Positions 20,594-30,111 of a DNA stretch of 39,446 bases are shown here, in pieces. The translations under genes and the position numbers were made by a program. Source of the DNA: Chromatiaceae bacterium (GTDB lineage: Bacteria > Pseudomonadota > Gammaproteobacteria > DTRM01); NCBI GenBank assembly GCA_012965975.1, contig DTRM01000031.1, forward strand, positions 1 through 39,446, read 5' to 3'. The notes below the pieces were generated by a model. It saw nothing but the letters and a program-made list of their open reading frames with translations, had not been told where the DNA came from and did no database searches. Every line of letters starts with the position of its first letter. The stretch's first letter is position 1.

Positions 20594-21679
20594 TTAATCA
20601 ATGCACGACTTGCCGTTACGTACGAACGGCGGCCGTACCACCTTCGCCGGAACGCCCTTGCCGCGAATATCCACCGTACACTCATCACCGATCGTTGCCG
20701 GGACCCGCGCAAAGGCAATCGATGCCTGCAGTGTTGGCGAAAACCCGCCACTGGTCACCTCACCCGTCTCATCACCGACATTAACGGCCTGATGATTACG
20801 GATAACGCCACGGCCCTGCAGTATCAAGCCAACAAACTTTCGCGCCTTGCCTTCGGCTTTTTGCGCTTCAATCGCCTTGCGGCCAATAAAATCACGCTCG
20901 GCGGGTTCCCATGCCACGGTCCAGTTTAAACCGGCCTCTAGGGGTGAAATGGTTTCATCCATATCAGAGCCATAAAGATTCATGCCCGCTTCTAGACGCA
21001 AGGTATCGCGCGCGCCCAACCCACAGGGCTTTACTCCTGCATCGAACAATGCCTTCCAAAAGGAAGCAGCCGACGCCTCGGGCATCACCACTTCAAAGCC
21101 ATCTTCGCCGGTGTAGCCAGTGCGGCCCACAAACCATTCACCATTCTCTGCGGCGAAAAAGGGTTTCAGTGCGGATGATGGTTCACGCAGATCTTCTGGC
21201 AACAGTGGTACCGCGCGTTCTCGTGCTGATGGGCCCTGCACGGCAATCATGGCCAACTCAGGTCGCTCAGTCACTTCGACATCAAAGGCAGCGGACTGTT
21301 TATTAATCCAGGCCATGTCTTTGACCCGCGTCGCGGCGTTCACCACCATGCGATACCAATCATCAGTCATGTAGTAGACGATAAGGTCATCTATGACACC
21401 GCCATCGTCCTGCAGCATACAGCTGTACATGGCCTTGCCGGCGTCCTTCAGACGCGCAATGTCGTTGGCCAGTAGATTGCTCAGAAATGCCTTGGCACCC
21501 GCACCGCGCAGATCCACCACGGTCATATGCGACACATCAAACATACCGGCGTCCTGACGCACGACATGGTGTTCATCGACTTGAGAGCCGTAATGCAATG
21601 GCATGTCCCAACCGCCGAAATCGACCATCTTGCCGTCGAACTCAACGTGAGCAGCATATAAAGGTGTCTTGTTTCCCAT
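20594..21679 (-). CDS. gcvT: Glycine cleavage system aminomethyltransferase T
   Basis: [35 protein letters not shown]. Confidence 0.97.
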   Translation of the reverse strand: MGNKTPLYAAHVEFDGKMVDFGGWDMPLHYGSQVDEHHVVRQDAGMFDVSHMTVVDLRGAGAKAFLSNLLANDIARLKDAGKAMYSCMLQDDGGVIDDLIVYYMTDDWYRMVVNAATRVKDMAWINKQSAAFDVEVTERPELAMIAVQGPSARERAVPLLPEDLREPSSALKPFFAAENGEWFVGRTGYTGEDGFEVVMPEASAASFWKALFDAGVKPCGLGARDTLRLEAGMNLYGSDMDETISPLEAGLNWTVAWEPAERDFIGRKAIEAQKAEGKARKFVGLILQGRGVIRNHQAVNVGDETGEVTSGGFSPTLQASIAFARVPATIGDECTVDIRGKGVPAKVVRPPFVRNGKSCID

Positions 21680-21696
21680 TCGTTTCCTACCGTTAT

Positions 21697-21739
21697 AAAC
21701 AAAAAAGCGGCAGAGGGCTGCCGTACAGTCCTCTGCCGC
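21697..21739 (-). terminator. Intrinsic terminator in the gcvT leader (riboswitch expression platform)
   Basis: Minus strand GCGGCAGAGG-actgtacggcagc-CCTCTGCCGC followed by TTTTTTGTTT. Confidence 0.8.
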
Positions 21740-21948
21740 CCCTCTGTCCTGAAAACCTGAGAGTTTGACGCCGATCTGAAATCATCCAAATCTGCGTCTG
21801 CCCCGTCGGTGGGTCAATCTGACCGCTCTCCAGAGTCGCCCCGGCGCATGGCGCCAACCTCCACAGTCCCTTGGCCTGAGCGATTCCGGGCGGAATTTGC
21901 GCCTTCGGCGCCGCCAGCCAAAGGCCCGCGGACTCTCCCATAGAGGTT
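21739..21948 (-). promoter_or_regulatory. Tandem glycine riboswitch (two aptamers)
   Basis: Minus strand aptamer 1 (21948-21856): GGAGAG...GCCGAAGGCGCAA...CTCAGG...GGAC; aptamer 2 (21836-21739): CTCTGGAGAG...CCGACGGGGCA...CTCTCAGG...GGACAGAG; directly upstream of gcvT. Confidence 0.93.
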
Positions 21949-22022
21949 ATGGTCGAACGCGACAATATACCCGCCGACCCGGCAAAAACCAAGACTCAGG
22001 ACAGGATATGTTGAGTATCTCG

Positions 22023-22103
22023 CGTCATGCTGGCGTCGGCAGGCACCCAGAGACCGTGGTACTGAAGGAAAACCGATGGATCCCGGCCTGCGCCGACATG
22101 ACG
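22023..22103. repeat. REP-like palindromic element (CGTCATG...GGATCCCGGCCTGCGCCG.CATGACG type)
   Basis: Terminal inverted repeat CGTCATG/CATGACG and inner GTCGGC-AGGC/GCCT-GCCGAC; reads through as RHAGVGRHP...WIPACADMT. Confidence 0.7.
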
Positions 22104-22150
22104 GGGTTAAACGGGGATGAGGGGACGTAATTAGGCCGTTGGCGTTAACT

Positions 22151-22195
22151 CCCCTGTCCCTAACCCTCTTCCCTGAGGGAGGACTGGGGTTGGGT
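22151..22195. repeat. Degenerate REP-like element (CCCCTCTCCCTAACCCTCTCCC..GGGAGAGG type)
   Basis: CCCCTGTCCCTAACCCTCTTCCCTGAGGGAGG...GGGGTTGGG; single copy in the window. Confidence 0.45.
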
Positions 22196-22212
22196 CGGTA
22201 GCCACGATCCCC

Positions 22213-23874
22213 CTACTGGGCTCGACCAATCGAGCGACTCAGGAGAATCACTGGCAATATGCCGACCAAGACGATGGTCAGCGCGGCGGCCGAGGCATCC
22301 ATTAAACGTTCATCCGAGGCTAATTCGTAGGCACGCACTGCCAGCGTGTTGAAATTGAATGGGCGCAAAATCAGCGTCGCCGGCAACTCTTTCATCACAT
22401 CGACAAACACCAGCAACACGGCGGTTAACAAGCTGGTCCGAAGAATCGGTATGTGAATCTTGCGTAACACCGCTGCCGGGGCATAACCCATGCTGCGGGC
22501 CGCCTCATCCATCGAGGGTCGAATACGCCCTAGCCCCGCCTCAACCGTCTGTAACGAGACAGCCAAAAAACGCACCATGTAGGCGAACATCAGCGCGAAC
22601 AACGTGCCACTCATCAACAGGCCCGTGGAGATATCAAAGTGCTCGCGCATCCAGCTATCCAGTTGGTTATCAAACCAGGCCAAGGGCAACATTACACCGA
22701 CTGCAATCACCGTGCCGGGGACTGCGTAACCCATGCCCGCCAGACGCACTGAAAAGTTCACACCGACGTCGCCTCGCTGACGTCGACCATAGGCCAGAAA
22801 AAGCGCAATCACTAAAGCCAACAGCGCGGCGGCTGCAGCCAGCAACATGGTGTTACCCACCAACGCAAAAAACCCTGAGTCAATACCATTGGCGCCGCTG
22901 ACCCAGGCCCACCATCCCAGTTGTAGCGCCGGCAACACAAAACCAAACAGCAGCGGAAACAGACACACAGCAAACGCCAGCCACGCTCGTGACCCGCTTA
23001 ACCGCTGTGGCTCTGCGGGTGCGGTGCGTTGCCCCGGTTGATAGTAGCGCGCATGCCGACGCGAATGTTGCTCAGCGAGAATCAACACGAACACAAACAC
23101 CATGAGCATCGCCGCGAGTTGGGATGCCGCGGCCGCATCACCCAAGCCAAACCAGGTCCGAAATATACCGGTGGTAAACGTATCCACACCAAAGTATTGC
23201 ACCGTGCCATAGTCGGCGAGTGTCTCCATTAACACCAACGAGAGCCCGGCCAGTATTGCTGGTCGCGCGGAGGGCAGTGACACGCGGAAGAAACTGCACC
23301 AGCGTCCACAACCCAGCGAGCGACTGATGTCCGTCGCGGCCCCGGGTTGTTGCAAAAAGGCCATGCGTGCCAACAGATAAACGTAGGGATACAACACTAG
23401 CGACAACATGCAGATCGCGCCACCGAGGGAGCGGATTTGCGGAAACCAATAGTCACCATAACTCCAACCGGTCACATCGCGCAGCAGCATCTGCACTGGC
23501 CCGGCATAATCCAGCACACCGGTATAGGTGTAGGCGATAATAAACGCGGGCATCGCCATCGGCAGCAACAAGGCCCATTCGAGCGTCGAGCGTAGTGGGA
23601 AACGATAATTAGTGGTAATCCAGGCGGCGCTGACACCCAGCGTTAAGGTGCCAATCGCAACACCCAGCATCAAGATCAGAGAGTTAACAACGTAGTTGGC
23701 CAGGACGGTTTGGTAGAGGTGGCGCCACACATCACCGGCGGGATCAAAAACGAAACTGAATACCACCAGCACCGGCATTGCCAACACCAACGCCACAATG
23801 AGAATACCGGTTTTCCACGCGCCCGGAAGACGCAACCGTGGTGCACCTACGATAGAGGCAAGCTGTGCGTCCAA
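22213..23874 (-). CDS. fbpB: Fe3+ ABC transporter permease (FbpB/FutB type)
   Basis: Duplicated ABC permease halves; LYPYVYLLAR, METLADYG, DEAARSMG, KELPATLILRPFNF. Confidence 0.88.
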   Translation of the reverse strand: MDAQLASIVGAPRLRLPGAWKTGILIVALVLAMPVLVVFSFVFDPAGDVWRHLYQTVLANYVVNSLILMLGVAIGTLTLGVSAAWITTNYRFPLRSTLEWALLLPMAMPAFIIAYTYTGVLDYAGPVQMLLRDVTGWSYGDYWFPQIRSLGGAICMLSLVLYPYVYLLARMAFLQQPGAATDISRSLGCGRWCSFFRVSLPSARPAILAGLSLVLMETLADYGTVQYFGVDTFTTGIFRTWFGLGDAAAASQLAAMLMVFVFVLILAEQHSRRHARYYQPGQRTAPAEPQRLSGSRAWLAFAVCLFPLLFGFVLPALQLGWWAWVSGANGIDSGFFALVGNTMLLAAAAALLALVIALFLAYGRRQRGDVGVNFSVRLAGMGYAVPGTVIAVGVMLPLAWFDNQLDSWMREHFDISTGLLMSGTLFALMFAYMVRFLAVSLQTVEAGLGRIRPSMDEAARSMGYAPAAVLRKIHIPILRTSLLTAVLLVFVDVMKELPATLILRPFNFNTLAVRAYELASDERLMDASAAALTIVLVGILPVILLSRSIGRAQ

Positions 23875-23892
23875 GATCGTTTCCCGTATCCG

Positions 23893-24906
23893 CTAGCGCC
23901 AACCAGCGCGATCCATCAAACGAACCGCAGCAGCGTTGTTGCGACCCAGTTCGGCCATATCGATTTGATCCGCCTTGAATACACCCCACGCGGTAACCGT
24001 CTCACCCCAGGCCACACCCTCCTTGACCGGGTATTCGTAATTGACGTTGGCATACCAGCTTTGTGCCTCATCGGTTAGCAGAAATTCGATCAATCGAATC
24101 GCCTCATCCCGATGGCTCGCGGCACTTGTCACCCCAATACCACTGACATTGACGTGCGTACCCCGGCCGGACCGGTTCGGCCAGAACACCTTCATCTTCG
24201 CGGCAGACTCGCGTTGCACCGAGTCCGATGACTTTTCCATCTTGCCGAAATAATAGGTGTTGGCAACCGCAACATCACACACACCCACTGCCGCGGCCTT
24301 GATCTGATCTCGGTCACCGCCGGTCGGCGACTTGCCCAAGTTGGCAACCAGTCCACGCGCCCATGCCTCGGTCGCTTCCTCACCATTGGCCGCAATCATC
24401 GATGCCACCAATGACTGGTTATAGATGTTACTTGAGGATCGAATGCAGATACGACCTTTCCACTTCGGGTCCGCCAACGACTCGTAATCCGACAGCTCGC
24501 TGGCATCGACTTTGTCGGTGACATACATCAGGGTGCGCGCTCGTAACGACAAACCATACCAGTAACCTTCGGGATCTCGATACGATACCGGCACGATGTC
24601 ATTCAAAGTATCGGACTGAACCGCCTGCAACACGCCCGCCTCGCGGGCGCGCCAAAGACGTCCGGCATCGGTAGTAATAAACAGATCGGCGGGGGTATTG
24701 GCGCCCTCACTCTGCAGTCGTTGCAACAACGCATCTGCCTTGCCGGTGACCAGATTGACTTTGATCCCGGTGGTCTCGGTAAATTGGGTCAGCAAAGGCT
24801 TGATCAGAGCCTCTTTTCGCGCCGAGTACACGTTGACCTCCGCTGCCGCACTAGCACCGGCGATCAACATCAGGCTCAACGCCATCAGGGTAAGTCGAAT
24901 CTTCAT
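23893..24906 (-). CDS. fbpA: Fe3+ ABC transporter substrate-binding protein (FbpA/FutA type)
   Basis: Signal peptide, VYSAR, NIYNQSL, GGDRDQI, NTYY twin tyrosines, NYEYP. Confidence 0.9.
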   Translation of the reverse strand: MKIRLTLMALSLMLIAGASAAAEVNVYSARKEALIKPLLTQFTETTGIKVNLVTGKADALLQRLQSEGANTPADLFITTDAGRLWRAREAGVLQAVQSDTLNDIVPVSYRDPEGYWYGLSLRARTLMYVTDKVDASELSDYESLADPKWKGRICIRSSSNIYNQSLVASMIAANGEEATEAWARGLVANLGKSPTGGDRDQIKAAAVGVCDVAVANTYYFGKMEKSSDSVQRESAAKMKVFWPNRSGRGTHVNVSGIGVTSAASHRDEAIRLIEFLLTDEAQSWYANVNYEYPVKEGVAWGETVTAWGVFKADQIDMAELGRNNAAAVRLMDRAGWR

Positions 24907-24967
24907 ATTCTCAGAGTTCCGCTATTACATTCTGAAGCTACTGCAGGGCATCTTACCCGAAGATCAT

Positions 24968-24990
24968 GCAAATGGGAATCATTCGTATTA
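24968..24990. promoter_or_regulatory. Putative Fur box
   Basis: AATGGGAATCATTCGTATT (24971-24989), 16/19 identical to the palindrome AATGAGAATCATTCTCATT, about 65 bp upstream of the iron-binding protein start. Confidence 0.75.
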
Positions 24991-25044
24991 GTGTTTCGTT
25001 CTACAGGTGTCAGCATGGCGGGAGGGCACGAGAAAAACTGGGTT

Positions 25045-26224
25045 TTAGCGCAGTAAATCCGGCGCGTCGCCGGAAAACCCCATGGCTTGCTGGGCAAACA
25101 GTCGTTTCAGTGGCGTCAGGCGATCGGCCGCCGACAAACCCAGACTGCGTATCTGGTTGACCGGTTCAGCGTGACGGGAAAACAGGCGTTGAATAAGATC
25201 CATACCGGCCATCACCGGAAGATTCTCTGATTTGCGCCGACGCTCGTAACGCCTGAGTATCCCGTGCTCACCCACGTCCCGCGACGCCTGTCGCGCCTGT
25301 TTAATGATGTCACTCAGTACCGCAACGTCGACAAAACCCAGATTGACCCCCTGGCCTGCCAATGGGTGAATCTGGTGCGCCGCGTCACCGATCAATGCGA
25401 GTCGAGGTTGAACGTAATCCAGCGCGTGGCGCAGACCCAACGCAAAACTTGCGCGTGCTCCAACCTGTTGCATCGCGCCCAACTCACCTTCCATGGCTGC
25501 TTCCAGAGCTGCCAACGCCTCGGCATGGCGGGGTGTGGTAGACCAGACAATGGAACTGCGACCATCACCGAGCGGCAAAAATGCCAACGGCCCATCATCG
25601 AGAAAAACCTGACGCGCGACACGCTGATGTGGATCCGCATGGCGCACCGTCGCCACCACCGCATGTTGAGGATACTGCCATCCACAGGTTCGAATACCCG
25701 CCAGTTCTCGCACGCGCGAGTTCACGCCATCCGCACCGATAACAAGCGTCGCGTCGATCTCACGACCATCATCCAGACTCACGCTCATATGCGAAGCAAC
25801 ACGTTTGAACGCGTGTACGCCCACACCCTCGATCGGCGAGATTAACGATGCACTGTGAACCCGCTGCCAGGCGCTTGACACGATGGCCTGATTGAAAACG
25901 ATATGACCCAAACTGGGCTGGGCGTAGTCGGCGCAATCAAAGCCGATGCGACCATTACCCAATGCATCGCGTACCGACATCGCCTCGTAGGCACAACAAT
26001 CGGTGGCGTTCAGGGAACCCCATATGCCCAGATTTTCCAGCAATCGCTGTGAAGACGGACTGATCGCCGACACCCTGAGATCGTCACGATGATCGGCATC
26101 AGGCTTGGGGGGGGCGCAACTCAAGCAATGCGACCGAACAACCCACCCGCGCCGCGGCCAAGGCCATACACACACCCACCATGCCACCACCTACAACCAG
26201 CACGTCAACCTGTGCGGCACTCAT
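25045..26224 (-). pseudogene. ubiI: UbiI/VisC-type flavin hydroxylase, frameshifted at a C8 run (real lesion or sequencing error)
   Basis: ATG 26224 gives DVLVVGGGMVG...LELRPPQA-stop; the rest (RVSAI, GADG..SRVR, GDAAHQIHPLAGQGVNLG) is in another frame; removing one base from 26107-26114 restores one ORF. Confidence 0.8.
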
Positions 26225-27480
26225 GGTGTTACACCCAAACCGCGGACCAAGCGGGGCACGGTTCCCGCCAAGCCGATGGTTCGACGGCAAAAGGCCTGAC
26301 GCAATGGCGGCGTCACATCCAATGCCAACAAAGCCAGATTACGGATATCCACCACCGGTCGGGCCGGATTCATAAACAAACGCGCCAGCCCATCGGTCAA
26401 GGTTGAAATGAATTGGTAATCCACTTCGCGCTGCCGAGCATACTCGTGCAACACACTCGCGTTGCCAATATCTTGTCCGGCGGCCATTGCTGCCGCAAGC
26501 ACCTCTGCCAACATCGCAATATCACGAAAACCAAGATTGATCCCCTGTCCGGCGATCGGATGCAGCGTATGTGCAGCAGAACCTGCCAACACCACGCGAG
26601 CTGAGACCGCGCTCTCGACCTGTGATTGGCTCAGCGGATAAAAACTGCGCCCCGATGCGCGCAGGATGCGTCCCAACCGAAATCCGAACGCGTGTTGCAA
26701 GCATTGCACAAAGACCTCATCGGACGACGCCATCACCTCGTCAACCCGGTCACGTTCGACTGTCCAAACCACGCCGTAGCGATGCTCATCGAAAGGCAGC
26801 ATCGCCATCGGGCCGGACTGTGAGAAACGTTCAAACGCGGTGTGGGGCCGCGCATCCGACACCTCAACCATAGTGACAATCGCGGCCTGCTGATAGTCGT
26901 GTGTGCGTATCTTGAAGCCCAGTTGTTCACGCAACCCCGAACTGCCTCCGTCGGCCACAACTAACAACCTGGATGACAGCGGTCGACTAGCGTCGGCGGT
27001 GACCACCGTCGCGCGCACCTGATCTTGCTCGACCGTTACATCGGACAGCGTCGCTGAGGTAATAACATCCACGTCCTCGCAGGCGCGCAGGCGCGAATGG
27101 ATCACCGCACCCAGAAAGGCCGCAGGGGCGACATAACCCAGCGCCTCAACACCTTGATCAGCGGCATCCAGACGCGCTGCACCGAAATGGCCACGATCTG
27201 AGATATGAATACGTTGCAACGGATAGGCTCGCGACGACAGTCGGTCCCATATGTCCAGCGACTCAAAGATACAGCGCGAACTCCACGACAACGCGATCGC
27301 CCGCAGATCCTGATCCTCCGCGGCACCGGTATCCGGCTGCAATTCACGCGACTCAACAATGGCAATGCGCAGCCCACAACCAGACAACGCGATCGCCAAT
27401 GTTGCGCCGATAAAACCGGCGCCGACAATCAGCACGTCCACATCGGCTGTGGTCAAGGCTTCATTGGGTGCTGACATCAT
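26221..27480 (-). CDS. ubiH: 2-octaprenyl-6-methoxyphenol hydroxylase
   Basis: IVGAGFIG, RAIALS, ADGG.S, AFERF..GPMAMLP, AAHTLHPIAGQGINLG; between pepP and ubiI. Confidence 0.9.
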   Translation of the reverse strand: MMSAPNEALTTADVDVLIVGAGFIGATLAIALSGCGLRIAIVESRELQPDTGAAEDQDLRAIALSWSSRCIFESLDIWDRLSSRAYPLQRIHISDRGHFGAARLDAADQGVEALGYVAPAAFLGAVIHSRLRACEDVDVITSATLSDVTVEQDQVRATVVTADASRPLSSRLLVVADGGSSGLREQLGFKIRTHDYQQAAIVTMVEVSDARPHTAFERFSQSGPMAMLPFDEHRYGVVWTVERDRVDEVMASSDEVFVQCLQHAFGFRLGRILRASGRSFYPLSQSQVESAVSARVVLAGSAAHTLHPIAGQGINLGFRDIAMLAEVLAAAMAAGQDIGNASVLHEYARQREVDYQFISTLTDGLARLFMNPARPVVDIRNLALLALDVTPPLRQAFCRRTIGLAGTVPRLVRGLGVTP

Positions 27481-27498
27481 GCGTCCATCAGGCAGCCA

Positions 27499-28806
27499 TC
27501 AGGCAGCCATCACCGCTTCGATTTCTTTAATGGTTTTCGGCGCAGCCTTGCTCAACACATCACAATCGTCATTGCGCACCACAACATCGTCTTCGATTCG
27601 TATACCGATCCCGCGCCAACGCTTGGCGACGCCCTTGGCATTGAGCGGGATATACAACCCCGGCTCCACGGTTAAGGCCATGCCGTTCTCCAGCACCCGC
27701 CATTCATCACCGACCTTGTAGTCGCCCACGTCATGCACATCCATCCCCAACCAGTGTCCGGTTCGGTGCATATAAAAACGCTGGTAGGCCTTGTCCTTGA
27801 TCAACGAATTCAACTTGCCTTTAAGCAGACCAATGGATATCAACCCGCGGGTAATTTCCTTCACCGCCGCCCGATGCGGATCATTCCACGTGTTGCCCGC
27901 GACCACCTGTTTGAACGCGGCTTCCTGTGCCGATAAGACGATCTCATACAGTTCGGTCTGGGCATCACTAAAGCGGCCATTGACTGGCCACGTACGCGTG
28001 ATGTCCGAGGCGTAACAATCCAGTTCGCACCCGGCATCGATCAACACCAGATCGCCGTCATTCAACTCATCGGAGTTTTCGGTGTAGTGCAAAATACAGC
28101 CATTGTCGCCACCACCGACGATGGTGCTGTACGCGACCGACTGCGCGCCCTGTACCTTGAATTGGTAGAGCAACTCCGCTTCCAACTGATACTCCGTCAT
28201 ACCTGGCTGGCATGTCTGCATCGCGACCTTGTGCGCCTTGGCCGAGATATTGGCCGCACGTCGCATCAGTGAAACCTCGGTTCGACTCTTGTACAGGCGC
28301 ATGTCGTGCAACACGTGATCAAGCGCGACAATCTCCAGCGGCGCGTGCACACCGGAACGCCCCTGATTACGCAGATAGTTCATCCAGTCAATCACCCGCT
28401 TGTCGAACTCGGGATTACAACCCATCGCGTACCAAAGCCGACTGCAGTGCTCCATCAATCCAGGCAGAATGTCACCGATATCATCAATCGGAAACGCGTC
28501 GTCGGCACCAAACTGTTCACACGCGCCTTCAGGGCCTACCCGACGTCCGGTCCAGGTCTCCATCTGTTCGTCGCGCTCGCGACAAAAAATCAGATACTCC
28601 CCCTCACCGTGACCCGGCATCAGCACCGCCACCGACTCAGGCTCATGGAATCCAGTGAGATAAAAGAAATCGCTATCGGGACGAAACTCACGCTCAACGT
28701 CTCGATTACGAATCTGCATTTGCGCGGTCGGGATAATCGCGATCGAATCGGGGCCCATCATCTTCGCCAGTTGTCGACGTCGGCGTTGAAGTTCTTTCAT
28801 ATTCAT
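27499..28806 (-). CDS. pepP: Xaa-Pro aminopeptidase
   Basis: SDFFYLTG, ILHY, DAGCE..YASDITRT, HWLGMDVHD, TVEPG, RIEDD. Confidence 0.96.
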   Translation of the reverse strand: MNMKELQRRRRQLAKMMGPDSIAIIPTAQMQIRNRDVEREFRPDSDFFYLTGFHEPESVAVLMPGHGEGEYLIFCRERDEQMETWTGRRVGPEGACEQFGADDAFPIDDIGDILPGLMEHCSRLWYAMGCNPEFDKRVIDWMNYLRNQGRSGVHAPLEIVALDHVLHDMRLYKSRTEVSLMRRAANISAKAHKVAMQTCQPGMTEYQLEAELLYQFKVQGAQSVAYSTIVGGGDNGCILHYTENSDELNDGDLVLIDAGCELDCYASDITRTWPVNGRFSDAQTELYEIVLSAQEAAFKQVVAGNTWNDPHRAAVKEITRGLISIGLLKGKLNSLIKDKAYQRFYMHRTGHWLGMDVHDVGDYKVGDEWRVLENGMALTVEPGLYIPLNAKGVAKRWRGIGIRIEDDVVVRNDDCDVLSKAAPKTIKEIEAVMAA

Positions 28807-29366
28807 TCGCTATCTTCCGTTAGACTCGCCGCCACCTTCGCCGCCAGCAACATCACTGCGACACGCACGTACTCCACCACTTCCATCAACAGCGCTTCCG
28901 CTTCCGCTTCCGCTTCATCATCAGCCTCTGAGCCCACCTGTGACATCTTCTGGATATCCGAGAGTACCTCGACCGCCTCATCATCCAGCCATGGCGCATC
29001 CTGCCCGGCCGCGCCCAACGCAAACAGAAAACCCTGACACCAGAACCCAAGCCCCATCAATCGCTGATTGATGGGCTGTTCATCATCGGGCAACAGCAGA
29101 TTAAAATCGAAGCTGAGATCCTGGCGCCTCAAACTGGAGCCAACCCAATCAGAAATTTTCGCCAACTGCTCCCGGTCTTCGTCATCCACTTCCTCGCCGC
29201 CATCGAATGAATCCAACAGCCTGGCAATACGAACATCGGTATCTTCATCGATGCAACTCAACGAAAAACCACTCATCATGCCATGCATCTCGGATGCGAC
29301 CGCTTGCCCAGCCCATTCGGTCAACCACACCATGGGCGAAACCGCATTTTTTTCTTCTGTCATCAA
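28803..29366 (-). CDS. ygfB: UPF0149 family protein (YgfB)
   Basis: SEMHG, LLLPDD, WCQGFL, EVVEYVRV; canonical position upstream of pepP. Confidence 0.88.
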   Translation of the reverse strand: MMTEEKNAVSPMVWLTEWAGQAVASEMHGMMSGFSLSCIDEDTDVRIARLLDSFDGGEEVDDEDREQLAKISDWVGSSLRRQDLSFDFNLLLPDDEQPINQRLMGLGFWCQGFLFALGAAGQDAPWLDDEAVEVLSDIQKMSQVGSEADDEAEAEAEALLMEVVEYVRVAVMLLAAKVAASLTEDSE

Positions 29367-29508
29367 AATCCATTAATTCCCGGTCAGTCTGCCCGAAGCG
29401 GTGACCTTGTTATATAAAGTATCGAGGCTATGCTATCACCGCCCAATCAATAGCTAAAACCATACGGGTGGATTGACCGTTACACCATCGCAGCCTAGTA
29501 TTGGCTCC

Positions 29509-29754
29509 ATGCCATCAAAAAAATCGAAAAAACCGTCTGGCGGTGGAATTGAACGCGAGTTCATTCTGCTGGAATCCCGCATCCGTGATCTGGTCGTGCT
29601 GTGCCAGCATTTACGCGAGGAAAACACCTCTTTGCAGACCCGTCAAGGCACATTGGTCAGCGAACGCGCGGCTTTGATTGAAAAAAATGAGTCGTCCCGC
29701 AACCGGGTCGAGGCTATGATCGCGCAACTAAAATCCATGGAGACCGGCGCATGA
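29509..29754 (+). CDS. Small coiled-coil protein (TIGR02449/ZapB-like)
   Basis: LREEN..L...ERAALIEKNE..RNRVEAMI..LKSME; ATGA-coupled to zapA. Confidence 0.82.
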   Translation: MPSKKSKKPSGGGIEREFILLESRIRDLVVLCQHLREENTSLQTRQGTLVSERAALIEKNESSRNRVEAMIAQLKSMETGA

Positions 29755-30065
29755 GTAACGAAGCACAATCGGCCAGCGTCACTATTTTGGATAAGGAATT
29801 TCAGTTTGCCTGCACTGCTGAAGAAAAACCCGCTCTGTTGGAATCCGCGCGGTTTCTCGACAAAAAAATGAAAGAGATCCGCAAAAACGGGCGTACCATC
29901 GGTATGGAGCGCATTGCGGTGATGGCGGCGATGAATATTACCTATGAACTACTCGAACATCAGGATGGCGGCAACCTGTCTGAAGACTCCCTTGCCGCGC
30001 GCCTAAAGGAAATGCGCGAATCAGTCGAAAAAGTATTGGGTGCCAACCCTCAGCTAACGCTGTAA
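29751..30065 (+). CDS. zapA: Cell division protein ZapA
   Basis: VTILDKEFQFAC, LDKKM, ERIAVMAAMNI; upstream of 6S RNA. Confidence 0.92.
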   Translation: MSNEAQSASVTILDKEFQFACTAEEKPALLESARFLDKKMKEIRKNGRTIGMERIAVMAAMNITYELLEHQDGGNLSEDSLAARLKEMRESVEKVLGANPQLTL

Positions 30066-30111
30066 AAAAGAATCCTGTTTCGCAAAGGATTCTCTGATAG
30101 TTTAGTGGTTC

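Noticed and set aside
21897-22130. 77-aa ORF ending WIPACADMT
   Set aside because: Translation of the riboswitch antisense strand and the REP-like palindrome.
25045-26190. 381-aa ORF start as given by the ORF track
   Set aside because: Its N-terminus is out-of-frame sequence lacking the FAD motif; the real start is 26224 with a frameshift.
28892-28920. (CGCTTC)n microsatellite
   Set aside because: In-frame EAEAEA stretch within ygfB; hexamer unit cannot shift the frame.
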